Assembly (NCBI GenBank): GCA_951406725.2
Contig: OX597828.1
Span: 65,968,001 to 66,032,000 of the forward strand
Length of the DNA stretch: 64,000 nucleotides
Reading direction: 5' to 3'
Source of the DNA: Octopus vulgaris
Taxonomy: Eukaryota
The translations under genes and the position numbers were made by a program. Position 1 is the first letter of the stretch, and the number at the start of each line of letters is the position of its first letter. Shown here in pieces: positions 50,571 to 63,295 of this stretch. Below the pieces are notes generated by a model, which worked only from the letters and a program-made list of their open reading frames with translations, had not been told where the DNA came from and did not search any database.

Positions 50571-51109
50571 AGTACAAATACGATTATAATAATGGTTTCA
50601 AATTTTGCATAAGGGCAGCAATTTGGTGGGAGGGGACGAGTAGATTACATCGACCCCAGTAATCAACTGGTACTTAATTTATCTATCTTGAAAGGATGAA
50701 AGGCAAAGTCAACCTCGGCGGAATTTGAACTTAAAATGTAAGCACAGACGAAATGCTGCTTCCAGCTTGCTAACAATTCTGCCAGCTCGCTGCTTTGATA
50801 TTAATAGTAATAATAGGCATTCTGATTGTTGGTGAGATGAGGGGAAGCTAAATGGATTCACTGAAGAATTAAGAATCTATTTAATACGTCTATTTTAGTT
50901 AATTCATGATTCATTCAGTCACCACTGACCCTGGATAACCCGGTACACTCAATTGTAAACCATGTTACTCTTATCAGGAATTAATCTGTAATGACACAGG
51001 TCAGCAATCAGTTGAAGATTCTGCTTGAACCACAGCTGTCCAGAATGCATTGATTATCACTAGTGTTTACATTACCGTGCAGCGAAACTACAAATGGATT
51101 TACGTGCAT

Positions 51110-51540
51110 GTACCCATCAACATGCCAGCAGTGAACAGAAAAATACGCAGGCACCCGGTCCTAACAAATGATGCAGATGAGTTAATTCTCTACAAGAAAA
51201 GGGTGGAGATGATTGACAAAATATGTAATGATTGAAGCTTCGCAGCTGTGGGATGTCAGTTTGGTACCAATGAATCTATCATTCGTTCAGTTTACAAAGT
51301 GTGTGAAGATATTACGAAAGCATTCTCAGATGCTGCCCCCTAGATCAGTAAATTGTGTGCATAAAGATGATTTTATTCAGTCCATGGAAAAGGGAGTGTA
51401 TTTGTGGATGCAAGACTGTTGCAGGAAGCAGCTTCTTCTGTCAAAACAAACGTGTAGTGAATCTTGCATGCATGAAGTGGATTCGATCCACTATAGCCAA
51501 ATTCAAATTAACACTGCTACAGAACTTTTCCCACGATGAA
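51110..51540 (+). pseudogene. Tigger/pogo-like (CENP-B HTH) transposase remnant
   Basis: LYKKRVEMIDKI, NESIIRSV, MEKGVYLWMQDCCRKQLLLS across frameshifts. Confidence 0.5.
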
Positions 51541-52034
51541 ACAATGGTTTTTCTCTGACAGCAGTTTTACATTTTACAGATGTCTTTAGCTAGGCCGAAA
51601 TAATGTCTTCACCACTTGACCCTCATAACCTATTCTACTTCACCAAAAGCCTAGAATAGAGATAACAAGATCACCAACTAAATCTATTGTTTTCTATAAT
51701 ATATCTATCCTTCTGGATTTTTATATAAACAAGCACACCCCAAGCAAAAATCAGTTAGTCACCAGTCATACCTTGGTCAGAGGGAGAAATAGAGTTACTG
51801 TCAGCAACTTGAGACAACACCCTACAATTCTCTCTAGCTCTAATTCTGTCCCTTACAACATCATTCTATCTCTCTCTGTATTTACTACTAAACGATGAAG
51901 AGGACACAAACACAAACTTTACTTTGCATACTTTCGGATTTATTATAATCTGCCCGTCGAGGCAAGGTATTGTAACGTAACGGTAAATAGGTACTTTCTT
52001 AAAACTTCATGCATTGTTCATCTTCCACATCTTA

Positions 52035-53327
52035 CGAGGGGCGTTCAATAAGTAATGCGCCTGACCCACTTCCCATAGCAGTAGAGCAACGAAACTTGGA
52101 ACAGTTATTAGTCTTTTTCTACATAGGAATCACCCAGAGTTACGCATTTCTCCCATCGTTTGATGCAGCTCTGGAGACCGTTTTTGTAGAAGACCATAGC
52201 TTGGTCCTCCAACCACGACGTGACTTCAGAAATCAAGGCTGCATCATCTGGGAAACGCTTTCCTTTCAAAAACAACTTCATGGCTGGGAAGAGGTGAAAA
52301 TCAGAGGGTACAAGGTCAGGAGAGTAGGGGGAATGGGGGATGAGTTCATAGCCGCACGCCTGTGCTTCTGATCTGGCGACAAGCGAGTTGTGGACCAGAG
52401 CGTTGTCCTGCAAGAGGAGGATGCCTTTGCTGATCTTGCCCCGCCTCTTGATTTTGATAGCTTCTATTAATTTCCTCAAAAGTGAAGCATAATAGGCTCC
52501 TGCAATTGTGGTACCCTTTGCCAGGAAATCTGTCATCACTACTCCGTCCTGGTCCCAGAAGACTGTGAGCATGACCTTGCCAGCGGAGGGTTGCACCCTT
52601 GCCTTCTTTGGAGGAGGTGAGTCACGGTGCTTCCACTGCATTGACTGGGCTTTGGTCTCTGGATCATAGTGATGGACCCAGGTTTCATCCTGTGTAATCA
52701 GTCTTTTGAAAAATTTTGACTCATCTTCTTGGCACATCTCCAAATTCATCCTCGAGCAATCGACGCGTTCTTGCTTCTGGAAAGGTGTGAGCAACCTGGG
52801 AATCCATCTGGCAGACACCTTTTGCATATGCAAATGGTCATGAATGATAGTTTCCACAGACCCAGTACTAATCTTGACCTCATGGGCTATTTGGCGAATA
52901 GTTATGCGTCGATCTTCCAAAATGGCAGCCTCAACTTGACGGACAGATGCCTCATCAATGGCAGAAGGAGGACGACCAGATCTGGGAGCTGTTTCCACAG
53001 AGTTCCGACCATGTTTGAATTCACGATGCCAGCGTTTTACAAGGTCATATGATGGGGCATCATCACCATAAGTTACTTTCATTTCATCAAAAGTCTCCCG
53101 TGGTGTGCGTCCTTTCAAATACAAAAACCGGATCACTGCTCGACACTCAACAGGCTCCATTTCACACTTGACTCAGTTCAAACACCTGTAAATCAGAAAC
53201 CACAATTAGTTCAGAGCTGTAATTTTCCACTTAATCTATAGCGATATAAATAATTGCACATGCAAAATTTCAGCTAGATCAATCAGCTGCAAGTGGGTCA
53301 GAGGCATTACTTATTGAACGCCCCTCG
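52035..53327 (-). mobile_element. Full-length mariner transposon (1293 bp)
   Basis: TA TSD at 52033-34 and 53328-29; 37-bp TIRs cgaggggcgttcaataagtaatgc..ctgacccactt with 2 mismatches. Confidence 0.97.
52108..53160 (-). CDS. Mariner transposase (DD34D), uninterrupted 350 aa
   Basis: RSGRP, WIPRLL, TQDETW, KVMLTVFWD, LLQDNA, YSPDLVPSDFHLF; 34 residues between the 2nd and 3rd Asp. Confidence 0.95.
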   Translation of the reverse strand: MEPVECRAVIRFLYLKGRTPRETFDEMKVTYGDDAPSYDLVKRWHREFKHGRNSVETAPRSGRPPSAIDEASVRQVEAAILEDRRITIRQIAHEVKISTGSVETIIHDHLHMQKVSARWIPRLLTPFQKQERVDCSRMNLEMCQEDESKFFKRLITQDETWVHHYDPETKAQSMQWKHRDSPPPKKARVQPSAGKVMLTVFWDQDGVVMTDFLAKGTTIAGAYYASLLRKLIEAIKIKRRGKISKGILLLQDNALVHNSLVARSEAQACGYELIPHSPYSPDLVPSDFHLFPAMKLFLKGKRFPDDAALISEVTSWLEDQAMVFYKNGLQSCIKRWEKCVTLGDSYVEKD

Positions 53328-53799
53328 TACAACATGCAATATTAATAACAAATTATTATCGTCACACCTACTGACTATGACAATTCATGATATTGTGTAC
53401 CAAATCAATTTTCTGCCATTACAAACGTATCCAAAATCATACTAAGCCATACTAAGCCTGAGAATGACTGATGTTGGTAAGACTTCTGGCTTCATGCAGG
53501 TATGGTGTGGATATGATCCTCAATCGTTAAATTTCACTTAACAGTTCAACAGCACTTTTCTCATGGTAAAACAATAGTTTTTCTGTGAGTGACAGCAGTT
53601 ATATTTTCTGGATGCCTTCGCTAAGCAGAATAATGTCTTTACTACTTGACCCTTTTAACCTCTTCTATGCCACCAAAAGCTAGAATAGAGATAACAGGCA
53701 CCCCCAACAAAATCTATTGTTTTCAATAATATGTCTATCCTGCTAGTTGGTTTTGCATAGTTATAAATACTAGAATTTGGTAAGGCAAAATCAGTTAGT

Positions 53800-56460
53800 G
53801 AACAGAGATGCATGTAGAGAGGAGGAAGCCCAGGTGCTTCAAATACGGAAAAATGGGACACCTGAGGACAAATTGCTTCCAACAGAAAAAAGCACAGCGG
53901 AAGGAACAGGAAGAAAATGTAGAAGAGGAGGCGCCCTCAGCCACAGAGGCTATTACACAGAAGGCTGCCACTGAATCAGAACAAATCGAAAAACCAGTCG
54001 AAGCGACACCGTCAGTAGAAGGAATGGACTTCGAGACAGTGTTGTGAAAAAGGTGAAAGAAAACTGTGGAGTTCCCTACTAAAGAGGGGCTCCAAAAGCC
54101 AAAGAAAGGAAAAAAAGTAGTAACCGGAAGAAGAAGAAAAACAACAAAAAGAGAAAAACATTTATGACGATAAAAATAGACAAACCTAAGCCCAAAAAGG
54201 AAATGACCACATTGGTATTCAAGAACACCAATAATTCAATGATGGGAGTAATTTAACCCCACTTACAAAGCAAAATATACCAAACGAATAACAGTAAAAA
54301 TCCAAATAGCATTGCAAAGATCCCTAAAGAACTTTACAAGGACTTCAAGAATAGATTTCCTAAAGAAATTATTGAGCTAAAAAACTTACCAAAAGTATTA
54401 GATTCACCGGAAGAACTGCCCATGGAAGAAATAAAGGAGGAAATCCCACCCGCACCAATGCTGAAAATGACCCCCCCCCCCCCGACCTAAATGTAAGTAG
54501 ATTTCCTTCTTTTCTCGTTTTTTGTCATGGCTGGCGCTATGTGTAGGTTATCTAAATGTGCGTGGCCTGAGTTCAAAGTGGAAGCAAGCCTGTTTCCTTG
54601 ACGACCTCAGGTCACATAAAATGGATATTATGGTTGCTACAGTGACCAAGTTGGACAAACTGCAGGCCTTCTCAAACCTCCTGAAAGACTATGAGAAAAT
54701 CATGTCTCCTAGTTAGACAGGGGGAGGGGGTGACGTTGTGGTTTTTGATTCAAAAAAGCTTGGCTCTGCAGACACATGCAGTATTTGTAGACCCAGAAAG
54801 TGATTTGGTCATTCTGGATCTGACTTTCAGTGGTAAGACCTTTGGGTTGATAGGTATTTACACGCCTTGCACAGCAGGCAAATGGAATGAGTTCTATCGA
54901 TGCCTGAAGAAGTTTCTTGTGACGTCAAGGACGATAGTAATGTTAAGAGACTTTACAATGTTGGCTCGACCGATAGGAAAAGTAACTCATGCCTCATCGA
55001 TCTGCTGAAGCAATTTAGGCTGGCAGATCGATTCAGACTCAAGAATCCAAGCATTCCAATGTGGACTTGGAGTGATAATGACGGATCTCACAGGTCTTAT
55101 ATGGACAGGATAGTAGTGAATACCAGAGATAGGTCCTCCTTTAGCTGCCCCCAATTTACTTATATACCCTCTACGGATCACAAATTAGTGATGTGTAGGG
55201 TACATATAGATAAAGTCCATTGACAGATCTGGTTACTGGAAGTTGAACAAGACCCAATTGGCTTGCGAAACATACCGTAACCAGATTAAGGAGTTAGTCA
55301 TGGGGGCAGTCACTGGTACCGTGTTGAATAACCGGTGGTGGGTTGGCCTCAAAAGAGCCATTTGACTTGAGTCTATTATATTTAGCAAACAGTTAAGCCT
55401 AGAGCAGGCTAGAGTAGAAGGGTCTCTAGTTAAGGCATTAGAAGAGGCGTTGAGAGTGGGCCCTGCACCCCAAGTTTTGGCGGTGAGATCAGCCTTGGAC
55501 TGATACCTCAATGCTAAACACGAAGGTTGCAGGGTCTGGGCTAAAGTTACGTGCACTGGGTCCCGAGGGTATCGACGTTGCCGGGTGGGCTCGCTCGGTA
55601 GAAACCCAACGTGGTGTAGATGCTACGACAAGGTCTGTGGTAAATGAATAAGGACAGGAGATCGACGGAGAGGAAGGGATGTGTAAGGCCTTTCAGGAGC
55701 ATTTCACTGCGCTGTTCGGGAGGGGCGGGGCGCTGGACCATGGGGATGCCCTTCAGGATTTCATGGCCAGTGGCCCGTGTCTCTCGGCCTTGCCCTGGGG
55801 TGTGACTGACCAAGCTGGAACTGATCCTTTTCCGCTTTTTGTGGAATGGGAAACCACCACTTGTGAGGTGCTCCATCTGCTGCCAGAAACAGTTAAAGAG
55901 TGCATTAAGGATGCCTTGGCTGATGATGCCCATGTATGTGCTGAGGCTGAGACAACTCTGGCTCTACCTGGATGGTGAGCAGGTGTGGTCACTGCATGTC
56001 AAGTTCTTCCTGCTACAATTGACATCCCTACAGGACGTAGGCGCATGGATCACGTGGAGACCGAAAATGAGTGAATAGCAGAGGGAGTGTAGATATGCAC
56101 TCGCTCTGTTCTCCCAAGCGAGCAATACTGGCAGCAGGGCTACCACTGTGGATTTTTATAGCGGGTTGGTAGAGCACATGTCCAACGACGTCCTGGGGAG
56201 ACTCTAGGCTTCAACGAAGAACAGTTTGTCAACTTGTTCAGAAGAACATTCAGGCCAGGGTATCTGGACAACTTCCAGAAATCCCTGACCTGGTTGTGCT
56301 ACTGATCGGTTTGAGAGAGGTTGTCAAGGCATGGTGCTGGTACCCACCCACATGCCCGAAGTGAGGGTGTGTCAGCGAAACTGTCACGTACGCCTTCGTA
56401 CATTGTGAGGAACTAAGGGAACTGGTAACCTATATCGAACAACTAGTGTCAGATACGGAA
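53800..56460 (+). mobile_element. Decayed L1/Tx1-like LINE (ORF1 zinc knuckle, APE endonuclease, C-terminal remnants)
   Basis: PRCFKYGKMGHLRTNC, GYLNVRGL, LIGIYTP, WTW...SYMDRI, TDHKLV, WKLN. Confidence 0.75.
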
Positions 56461-57200
56461 AGAGTATGGTTATTGAGAAAGAACATGAGATTCGTTTGAA
56501 GTAACTTTGCAAAAGGCTTTCTCAATACAAAATTTGTATCAACGCTACCAAATGTACCTTTGGTGTGCCTTCTCTCACTTTCCTTGAACACACCATTGAT
56601 AAGGATGGAATTAGGCCTTTGCCAGAAAAGGTTAAGGCTATTGTAAAAATTTCAGTTCCTGTTTCATTAAGATGAGCTTGCTTCCTAGCTCCATGGTTTC
56701 GGGTTCAGTCCCACTGTGTGGCACTTTGGGTAGGTGTCTTTCACTATAGCCCCGAGCTGACCGGAGCTTTGTGATTGAATTCGGTAGGTGGAAGTTACTG
56801 CCGTGTGTGTATGCGTGCGTATAGCTGCTCAGTGCCTCTCCAAAAGAGAGAGAGAGCTCAGGTAATTTCTTGGATTAGCTAATTTCTATCAACACTTTAT
56901 ACCTCATTCTGCTGAAACTCTACACCCTCTCAACAAATTGCTGCAACACCACAAGAAGAGAACAGAAAAGACCACTTTGACTCTTGCTGAAATACAAGCT
57001 TTTGACAATGTTAAATAGAAACTCTCTCGTGTCTCTATGTTGGCTCATCCCATTCCTGATGCCAAAATTTCTCTTGTAGTCGACGCATCTGAAATTGGTG
57101 TTGGAACAGTCATTCAACAACTCCACTATAGCAAATTGTAACCTCTGGCATTTTTTTCTAAGGAGGTAAAACCAGCTGAAACTAAATATACTCCGCATAA
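56460..57200 (+). mobile_element. Gypsy LTR-retrotransposon pol fragment (RT-RNase H), interrupted by a SINE piece at ~56675-56850
   Basis: KCTFGVPSLTFLEH..GIRPLPEKVKAI, FLGLANFY, LAHP..SLVVDASEIGVG, PLAFFSK. Confidence 0.8.
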
Positions 57201-58105
57201 CTGAAAACCACTGCTTCGCTGTTATGTGAATTTTATTGTTCATATATAAAATTATTTTACATATTGTATACATGCATGCATCTTAATATAATGCATTCTG
57301 CTGTATTTTGTGTGTGTATGTATATATATATATACCTTTGCTTAAAATTGAAACGAATGCAGGAAGATAATATGACTACAAAGGTATGATCACAAATGTG
57401 TTGAACTTTTGTGCAAAGAATACAACAGGTAGAAATCTGTGCAACTGTAGTAGTATTAATAATATTAACAGGTAGTATTGGAAGCATTAGTTTTTCATCA
57501 ATGGTGGTTTACAGTGAAAATGATATTTGAAATAAGTGTATATAGGGAAAGACAACGAATACCTGACTTGGCCTGTCACTACCTTTGGAGTCGGCACTGA
57601 ATAGGCATCTACTTATTTTAGCAAAGGTTAATCAAGTTTGTTTGATTAATCAAATGTTAATTATTTTTGTAAATGTTAATTATTCTTAATTTCTTTGGTA
57701 AATCAAATTAAGCAATCACCGGTTTAAAAAAGAAATTAATTTCACTAATGTTTGTCTCATTTCAACCTTTATCATGCTTTTCTTATATAGTGTTGTAATA
57801 GTGTAGCCATACTATATGGTCAGAATTATTTCTCCCTAAATCCTTCTCTACACATCAGTTTAATTTGTATTCTATGTAAGCATGAATGTTACAAAATCTC
57901 ATAAAATATCTCGGCCGTATGCACAATAATTATTATACTCATCTTTAAAATGAGGTGTATTTAAAGTAACTATATAGACAATCAATGTTAAATTATAGCT
58001 AAAATATCAGTCTCTCTTTTTTAAGCTATTTGATACAACCTTAATTTACTTATTTTATCTTTAATTTCTTTTAGACACACAAAAAAAAAAAAAGAAAGAA
58101 AGAAA

Positions 58106-58387
58106 TTAATTCCACCAGGGCCCTAAAGGTTGTATTCTTTTCTGAACCCATGCTGGTATATTTTGGGGATTGCTCCAGGCAAATTTCTTGGAAAACATTA
58201 CATAATTTAGAAGGAATGATGCCATAGCCACTCCAACAACTATTTCAGTAAATGTTAGTGTTTTTGAAAGTAGATAGCTGAAGGAAATATGCACAGCTAA
58301 ATCAAAAGCTGTTCCCAGAATGTTATCAAACTCCCATTTTTCATTGTATTTACTCTTGATCCAATCTAATGAACTCCAGCTTATTAT
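58106..58387 (-). CDS. Membrane-protein gene, terminal coding exon
   Basis: IISWSSLDW...DNILGTAFDLAVH...RIQPLGPWWN*. Confidence 0.8.
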   Translation of the reverse strand: MISWSSLDWIKSKYNEKWEFDNILGTAFDLAVHISFSYLLSKTLTFTEIVVGVAMASFLLNYVMFSKKFAWSNPQNIPAWVQKRIQPLGPWWN

Positions 58388-61300
58388 CTGCAATGAATAA
58401 ATGAAAAATATCAATTAGTAAGAAAATAAAATGGCATTCAACATTAAAAACATATTTATATAAAGCAAAGAAATCAAACATTAGGAAGCAATAATTCTGG
58501 TCACAATTAAAATATAACGAGTAAGAATAGAGTCAAGACTAAAATTATCTTCGAGACTAAAAATATCTACATATAGGTGCAGGAGTGACTGTGTGGTAAG
58601 TAGCTTGCTTACCAACCACATGGTTCTGGGTTCATTCCCACTGTGCCCCTTGGGCAAGTGTCTTCTACTATAGCCTCGGGCCGACCAAAGCCTTGTGAGT
58701 GGATTTGGTAGACGGAAACTGAAAGAAGCCCGTCGTATATATGTGTGTGTGTATGTTTGTGTGTCTGTGTTTGTCCCCCAACATCGCTTGACAACCGATG
58801 CTGATGTGTTTACGTCCCCGTAACTTAGCGGTTCGGTAAAAGAGACCAATAGAATAAGTACTAGGCTTACAAAGAATAAGTCCTGGGGTCGATTAGCTCA
58901 ACTAAAGGCAGTGCTCCAGCATGGCCACAGTCAGATGACTGAAACAAGTAAAAGAGTAAAAAGGGTAAAAGAGAGAACCCTTTAGCATTTAAACTGGCCA
59001 TGTCCAGTCCAAATATTCTACTTGTTTTATCTTCAAACTGGCTGGATCTGGCCTCTCTCACTTACTCTACAATGTCATCCTAAAAGTATCACATCATCAA
59101 AATATTGAAACTACAAGATAATGCCTGATTAATTAAAAACAAGGTGAGTTATAATCATCGTTTAATGTCAGTCTTCCAGGAGCTGACCAAGCAGAAGCCT
59201 ACACCATACTTCTGTGTCTGTTTTGGCATGGTTTTTTATGGCTGGATGCCCTTCCTAATACCAACCACTTCGCAGAGTGGGCTGAGTGCTTTTTACACGG
59301 TATCAGGTCAGTTTTTTTACATGGCATCAGGTCAGTTTTGGTATGGTTTTTACAGCTGGATGGACTTCCAAATGCCAACCACTTTACAGAGTGGACTAAA
59401 TTGCTTTTTAAGTGGTACCTGCAGTGGAAGGGTCAGCAAGTAACTTTGTAAGTATACAAGCATTGCAGTTGACAGAATAATCTGTATGTTTAAGGGTTAA
59501 ACAATACAAGCAGATGACCAACTTTTATCTATAAAGAATATTTTATGTAGTTATCCAAGGAGGAATGGTCAGACCATATGTTAATAGATTTCTGAAAGAT
59601 ACTAATGTAGGTAATGAAATTTTGGAGAACTGAAAGTTAATAAAATGTGATAAATGTCTGGAAGGTGGAAGTTTCAAAGAAATGTAGTTCTGCAGTAAAA
59701 AGATGCTCTCCTGCAGAGTTCAAAAACTTCATTCTCAGTGATAAGATGTGGACAAAATGACAGTCGGTATATACTGTCTATATAAGGCAGCGAGCTGGCA
59801 GAAACGTTAGCATGCCGGGTGAAATGCGTAGCCGTATTTCGTCTGCCGCTACGTTCTGAGTTCAAATTCCGCCGAGGTCGACTTTGCCTTTCATCCTTTC
59901 AGGGTCGATAAATTAAGTACCGGTTACGCACTGGGGTCGATATAATCGACTTAATCCGTTTGTCTGTCCTTGTTTGTCCCCTCTATGTTTAGCCCCTTGT
60001 GGGTAGTAAAGAAATAGGTATATACTGTCTTTTGACTGGGATTGATAAACAGATTTGTAGCTGTTGCAGGGAGATTAGTAAACCAAAGACTGATGCAAAA
60101 GAGCAGCTAACAAACGACAGAGAATATAAAGTAAGGAAAGAAGACAGCAAAAGAAAATACATTGTAAACCAAAGGTGGGTGTTTCTGTGAGTTCAATTAA
60201 ATGCTCATCCTCTGAATTTGGTCTTAAATATCAGTGATAGATAAGGATGCATCGATTCAAGAATGTGAACAATTCCTTATAATGAAGAAAATTTGAGCCT
60301 TGTAGGTTGGTAGGTTACTTCATACTAATCTAATAGGTGACTTTTTTTTTATGTGGTCTATGATGTCTCTATATATAACAGTAGCACTGTTCTAGATGTG
60401 GTGCCTGCATTTCATTGTGAGAAACATTCCTCATCTAAAACCTTCACATCACATGAAATTCTTTTGAAAGCTTTACTTTTCCTTTACTTATCACTAAAAG
60501 TGAAGGAGTAGCAAAGAAAATATCAAATCAAGCTAAAAGTTTTACAAACTTTGGTTTCAAATTTACATTTAGAGTTAGTCTGTCATCCCCCCAAAAACTT
60601 AATAGAATAATTTACCAAGTCTATACTGGAACCAAGTAAATTAATAGAACCCCCACTTCCCTTTCAGAAATTAGTTTATGTATGATCAAAGGAAATCAAT
60701 ATTTAAACCGGCCATATCCAACCCAAATATTTTACTTATTTTATGTTCAAACTGGCCAGACATGGCCTCTTACATTATTCTATAATCTCACTCTAAAAAT
60801 AAACAATCACATCATTGAAATCTTGAAGCTTCAACATAATACATGATTAATCGAAATCAAATTCGATGACTGGCATCCGTTGCTAGTGGAGCGCTAAGAG
60901 TACCATACGAGTGAGATCATTGCCAGAGCAACAAGCTGGCCCCCATGCAGATGGCACATAAAAAACACCATTCAAGTGTGATCGTCACCTGCATCGCCTT
61001 ACTGGTACTTGTGCTGGTGGCACGTGAAAAAGCATTCGAGTGAGGTTGTTGCCAGTGCTGCTGGACTGGCTCCTGTGCAGGTGGCACATAAAAAGCACCA
61101 TTTGAGCGTGGCCATTGCCAGTACCGCCTGACTGGCCCTCGTGCTGGTGGCATGTAAAAAGCACCCACTACACTCTTGGAGTGGTTGACGTTAGGAAGGG
61201 CATCCAACTGTAGAAACTCTGCCAGATTAGATTGGAGCCTAGTGCAGCCATCTGGTTTGCCAGAACTCAGTCAAATCATCCAACCCATGCTGGCATGGAA

Positions 61301-61708
61301 AGCGGACGTTAAATGATGATGATGATGATGATGAAGGAGAATCAATAAGCATTGTACTTGACAGAATAATCTGAATTCTAAAAGATTAACAGACCACAGT
61401 GATAAACATTCTAATCACTAAAATATTATCTTATTTTATAAACAAGGTCATTTTATAAAAGTAAAGGCAATTGACTAAATTCAGCTTTATCCTAAAAAGT
61501 TATCATTAATTCTTTAGCAGAAGATAGTGTAGAATTATTTATCTTTATTTACATTATTTACATTTGACAGATATTTGTCCTCATCTTGTTTGTTGTTAAC
61601 ACAATGTTTTGGCTGATATACCCTCCAGCCTTCATCAGGTGTCTTGGGGAAATTTCAAACCTGGGTTCTCATTCCTCAGGTATTTTTCGATGTTTGTTGT
61701 TGTTGTTG

Positions 61709-61750
<42 letters not shown>

Positions 61751-61789
61751 CCACCACCACCACCACCACCACCACCACCATCATCATCA

Positions 61790-61842
<53 letters not shown>

Positions 61843-62549
61843 TGACCTGAATCTGCTTGAAATCGAACTTGGAATCTTGGGGTTAGTAGCCTGCACTCTT
61901 AACCAATATGCTATATGCCCATGGGCATATGACATAGTGACCTGAATAATAATAATAATAATAATAACAACAACATAGAAAAATACCTTAGGAAGGAGAA
62001 CCCATGTTTGAAATTTCCCCGAAACACCTGTTGAAGGCTGGAGGGTATATCAGCCGAAACATTGTGTTAACAACAAACAAGATAAGGACAAATATCCGTC
62101 GAATGTAAATAATGTACATAATTCCTCATCTCTTAAATATAGAACTATTTATCTTAAATATAGAACTAAATATAGAATTATTTATCTGTCTGGGTGCATG
62201 TTGAACTACAAAAAAAAAAATAAAAATAAAAAAATGTTTAGCAATGTCAATAATTGTAACATAAGCAAGATTAGCAGTAAAATAGAATGCATACTTTCTT
62301 TGCCAGAGAAGTTTTGTTCCAAAACACAATATAGTACAGATGTTGTGCCATTTGTATACAAGCAAGCCATTGCAAGCGTTGAAGTACAAGAAATGATGCA
62401 AAGAATACTGACAGAAGGTCAAACACGAAATAGTAGTTGACTTGTACAAGGTCCTTCCTGGGTAGAAGTCGAAGTCTAAACAACACCATACTATGAGTCA
62501 TAGCATGGAACACTTCACTGCTTAGTATTAAAGTTGCTATCGGATGCAT
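58106..62549 (-). CDS. Uncharacterised multi-pass membrane protein, 2 coding exons, 178 aa
   Basis: join(62549-62295, 58387-58106); donor AAA|GTATGC and acceptor ttcattgcAG|ATA, both phase 0; upstream acceptor ccacAG 20 nt before gacATG; several hydrophobic segments. Confidence 0.8.
58572..58962 (+). mobile_element. tRNA-derived SINE, family A
   Basis: Full copy matching 28740-29115. Confidence 0.9.
58977..59499. mobile_element. piggyBac-like MITE with a nested RTE 3' fragment
   Basis: aaccctttag ... taagggttaa ends; insert ~59150-59440. Confidence 0.6.
59785..60016 (+). mobile_element. SINE family B with 14-bp TSD
   Basis: TSD ggtatatactgtct at 59766-59779 and 60017-60030. Confidence 0.92.
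60865..61333 (+). mobile_element. RTE LINE 3'-end copy nested in a MITE (60700-61390)
   Basis: Consensus, hairpin modules and (GAT)n tail. Confidence 0.85.
61545..62180. mobile_element. Head-to-head palindromic element: tRNA-like head, triplet tract and hammerhead-like arm
   Basis: Arms ~61550-61710 and ~61950-62116 are inverted copies; centre atatgcccatgggcatat; HHR-like motifs at 61598-61643 (-) and 62023-62068 (+). Confidence 0.75.
62295..62549 (-). CDS. Membrane-protein gene, first coding exon
   Basis: MHPIATLILSSEVFHAMTH...LPRKDL...YYFVFD...QHLYYIVFW...AKK, 85 codons. Confidence 0.8.
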
Positions 62550-62913
62550 GTCTGGCAGCAGAACTGAATCTGTGGAATAGATAGAGAATAAATATGTAAA
62601 TAAAATACAGGTAAGCTGATAAACAATGTGGGTTCTTTAAATGTTCAGAGTAAATAGCTAGAGAAAATGAAAAAAATGTCTTTGAGGTACCTGTCTGTTA
62701 TGTCTATTTGCGTTTGAGAAAAGAAAGCAGTCTGTTAATCAGAACTGAAAGGGAAACTTTACGTTATTGATACAGGTGTATTAGCGACAGACAGGTAGAC
62801 AGACAGACAGACAGACAGGTAGACATAAAGTACATAAGTGTAAAATGCTTGCACTTATTTTGCTCCATGTTGTGCCTGCAAAACTTTGTCTGTTGGTTAA
62901 ATAAAAAATATCA

Positions 62914-63295
62914 TCTCTATATATATAAACGGCAAAATGTCTGTCTGTGTGTGTGTGTGTGTGTGCGTGTCCTTTATACAAATCTACAATTTTTCAGTTA
63001 GAGGGCTTGCACTTACTATGGTCATTCAAAACCGTCCAAAGGTGGTCATGCACATCTTTACATTTCCCCAGTCACCCCGTAAAGCCATTAAAAAATCAAT
63101 AGAAGTGACTTTTTTGTGAATTTTCTATCCAAAACCCAATCAAAATGCCTGAAACTTGATACATCAATTGAATGCCAGCTAGCTGTATGTGATTGGTCGG
63201 AGATTTGGACAGTACTCGTGTGTATGTGCACACACACGCAGCTGCATATGCATGCACTAGCACTATGACCCAGCATTGCCGGGTCATAGTGCTAG
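62914..63295 (+). mobile_element. Non-autonomous Helitron
   Basis: A|TCtctatatatataaa 5' end, gtctgtctgtgtgt tract, 3' GC hairpin then CTAG|T, no TSD. Confidence 0.8.

Noticed and set aside
61586-61945. Poly-S/P/L/H/N/G/D ORFs
   Set aside because: Compound trinucleotide repeat inside the palindromic element; no splice context
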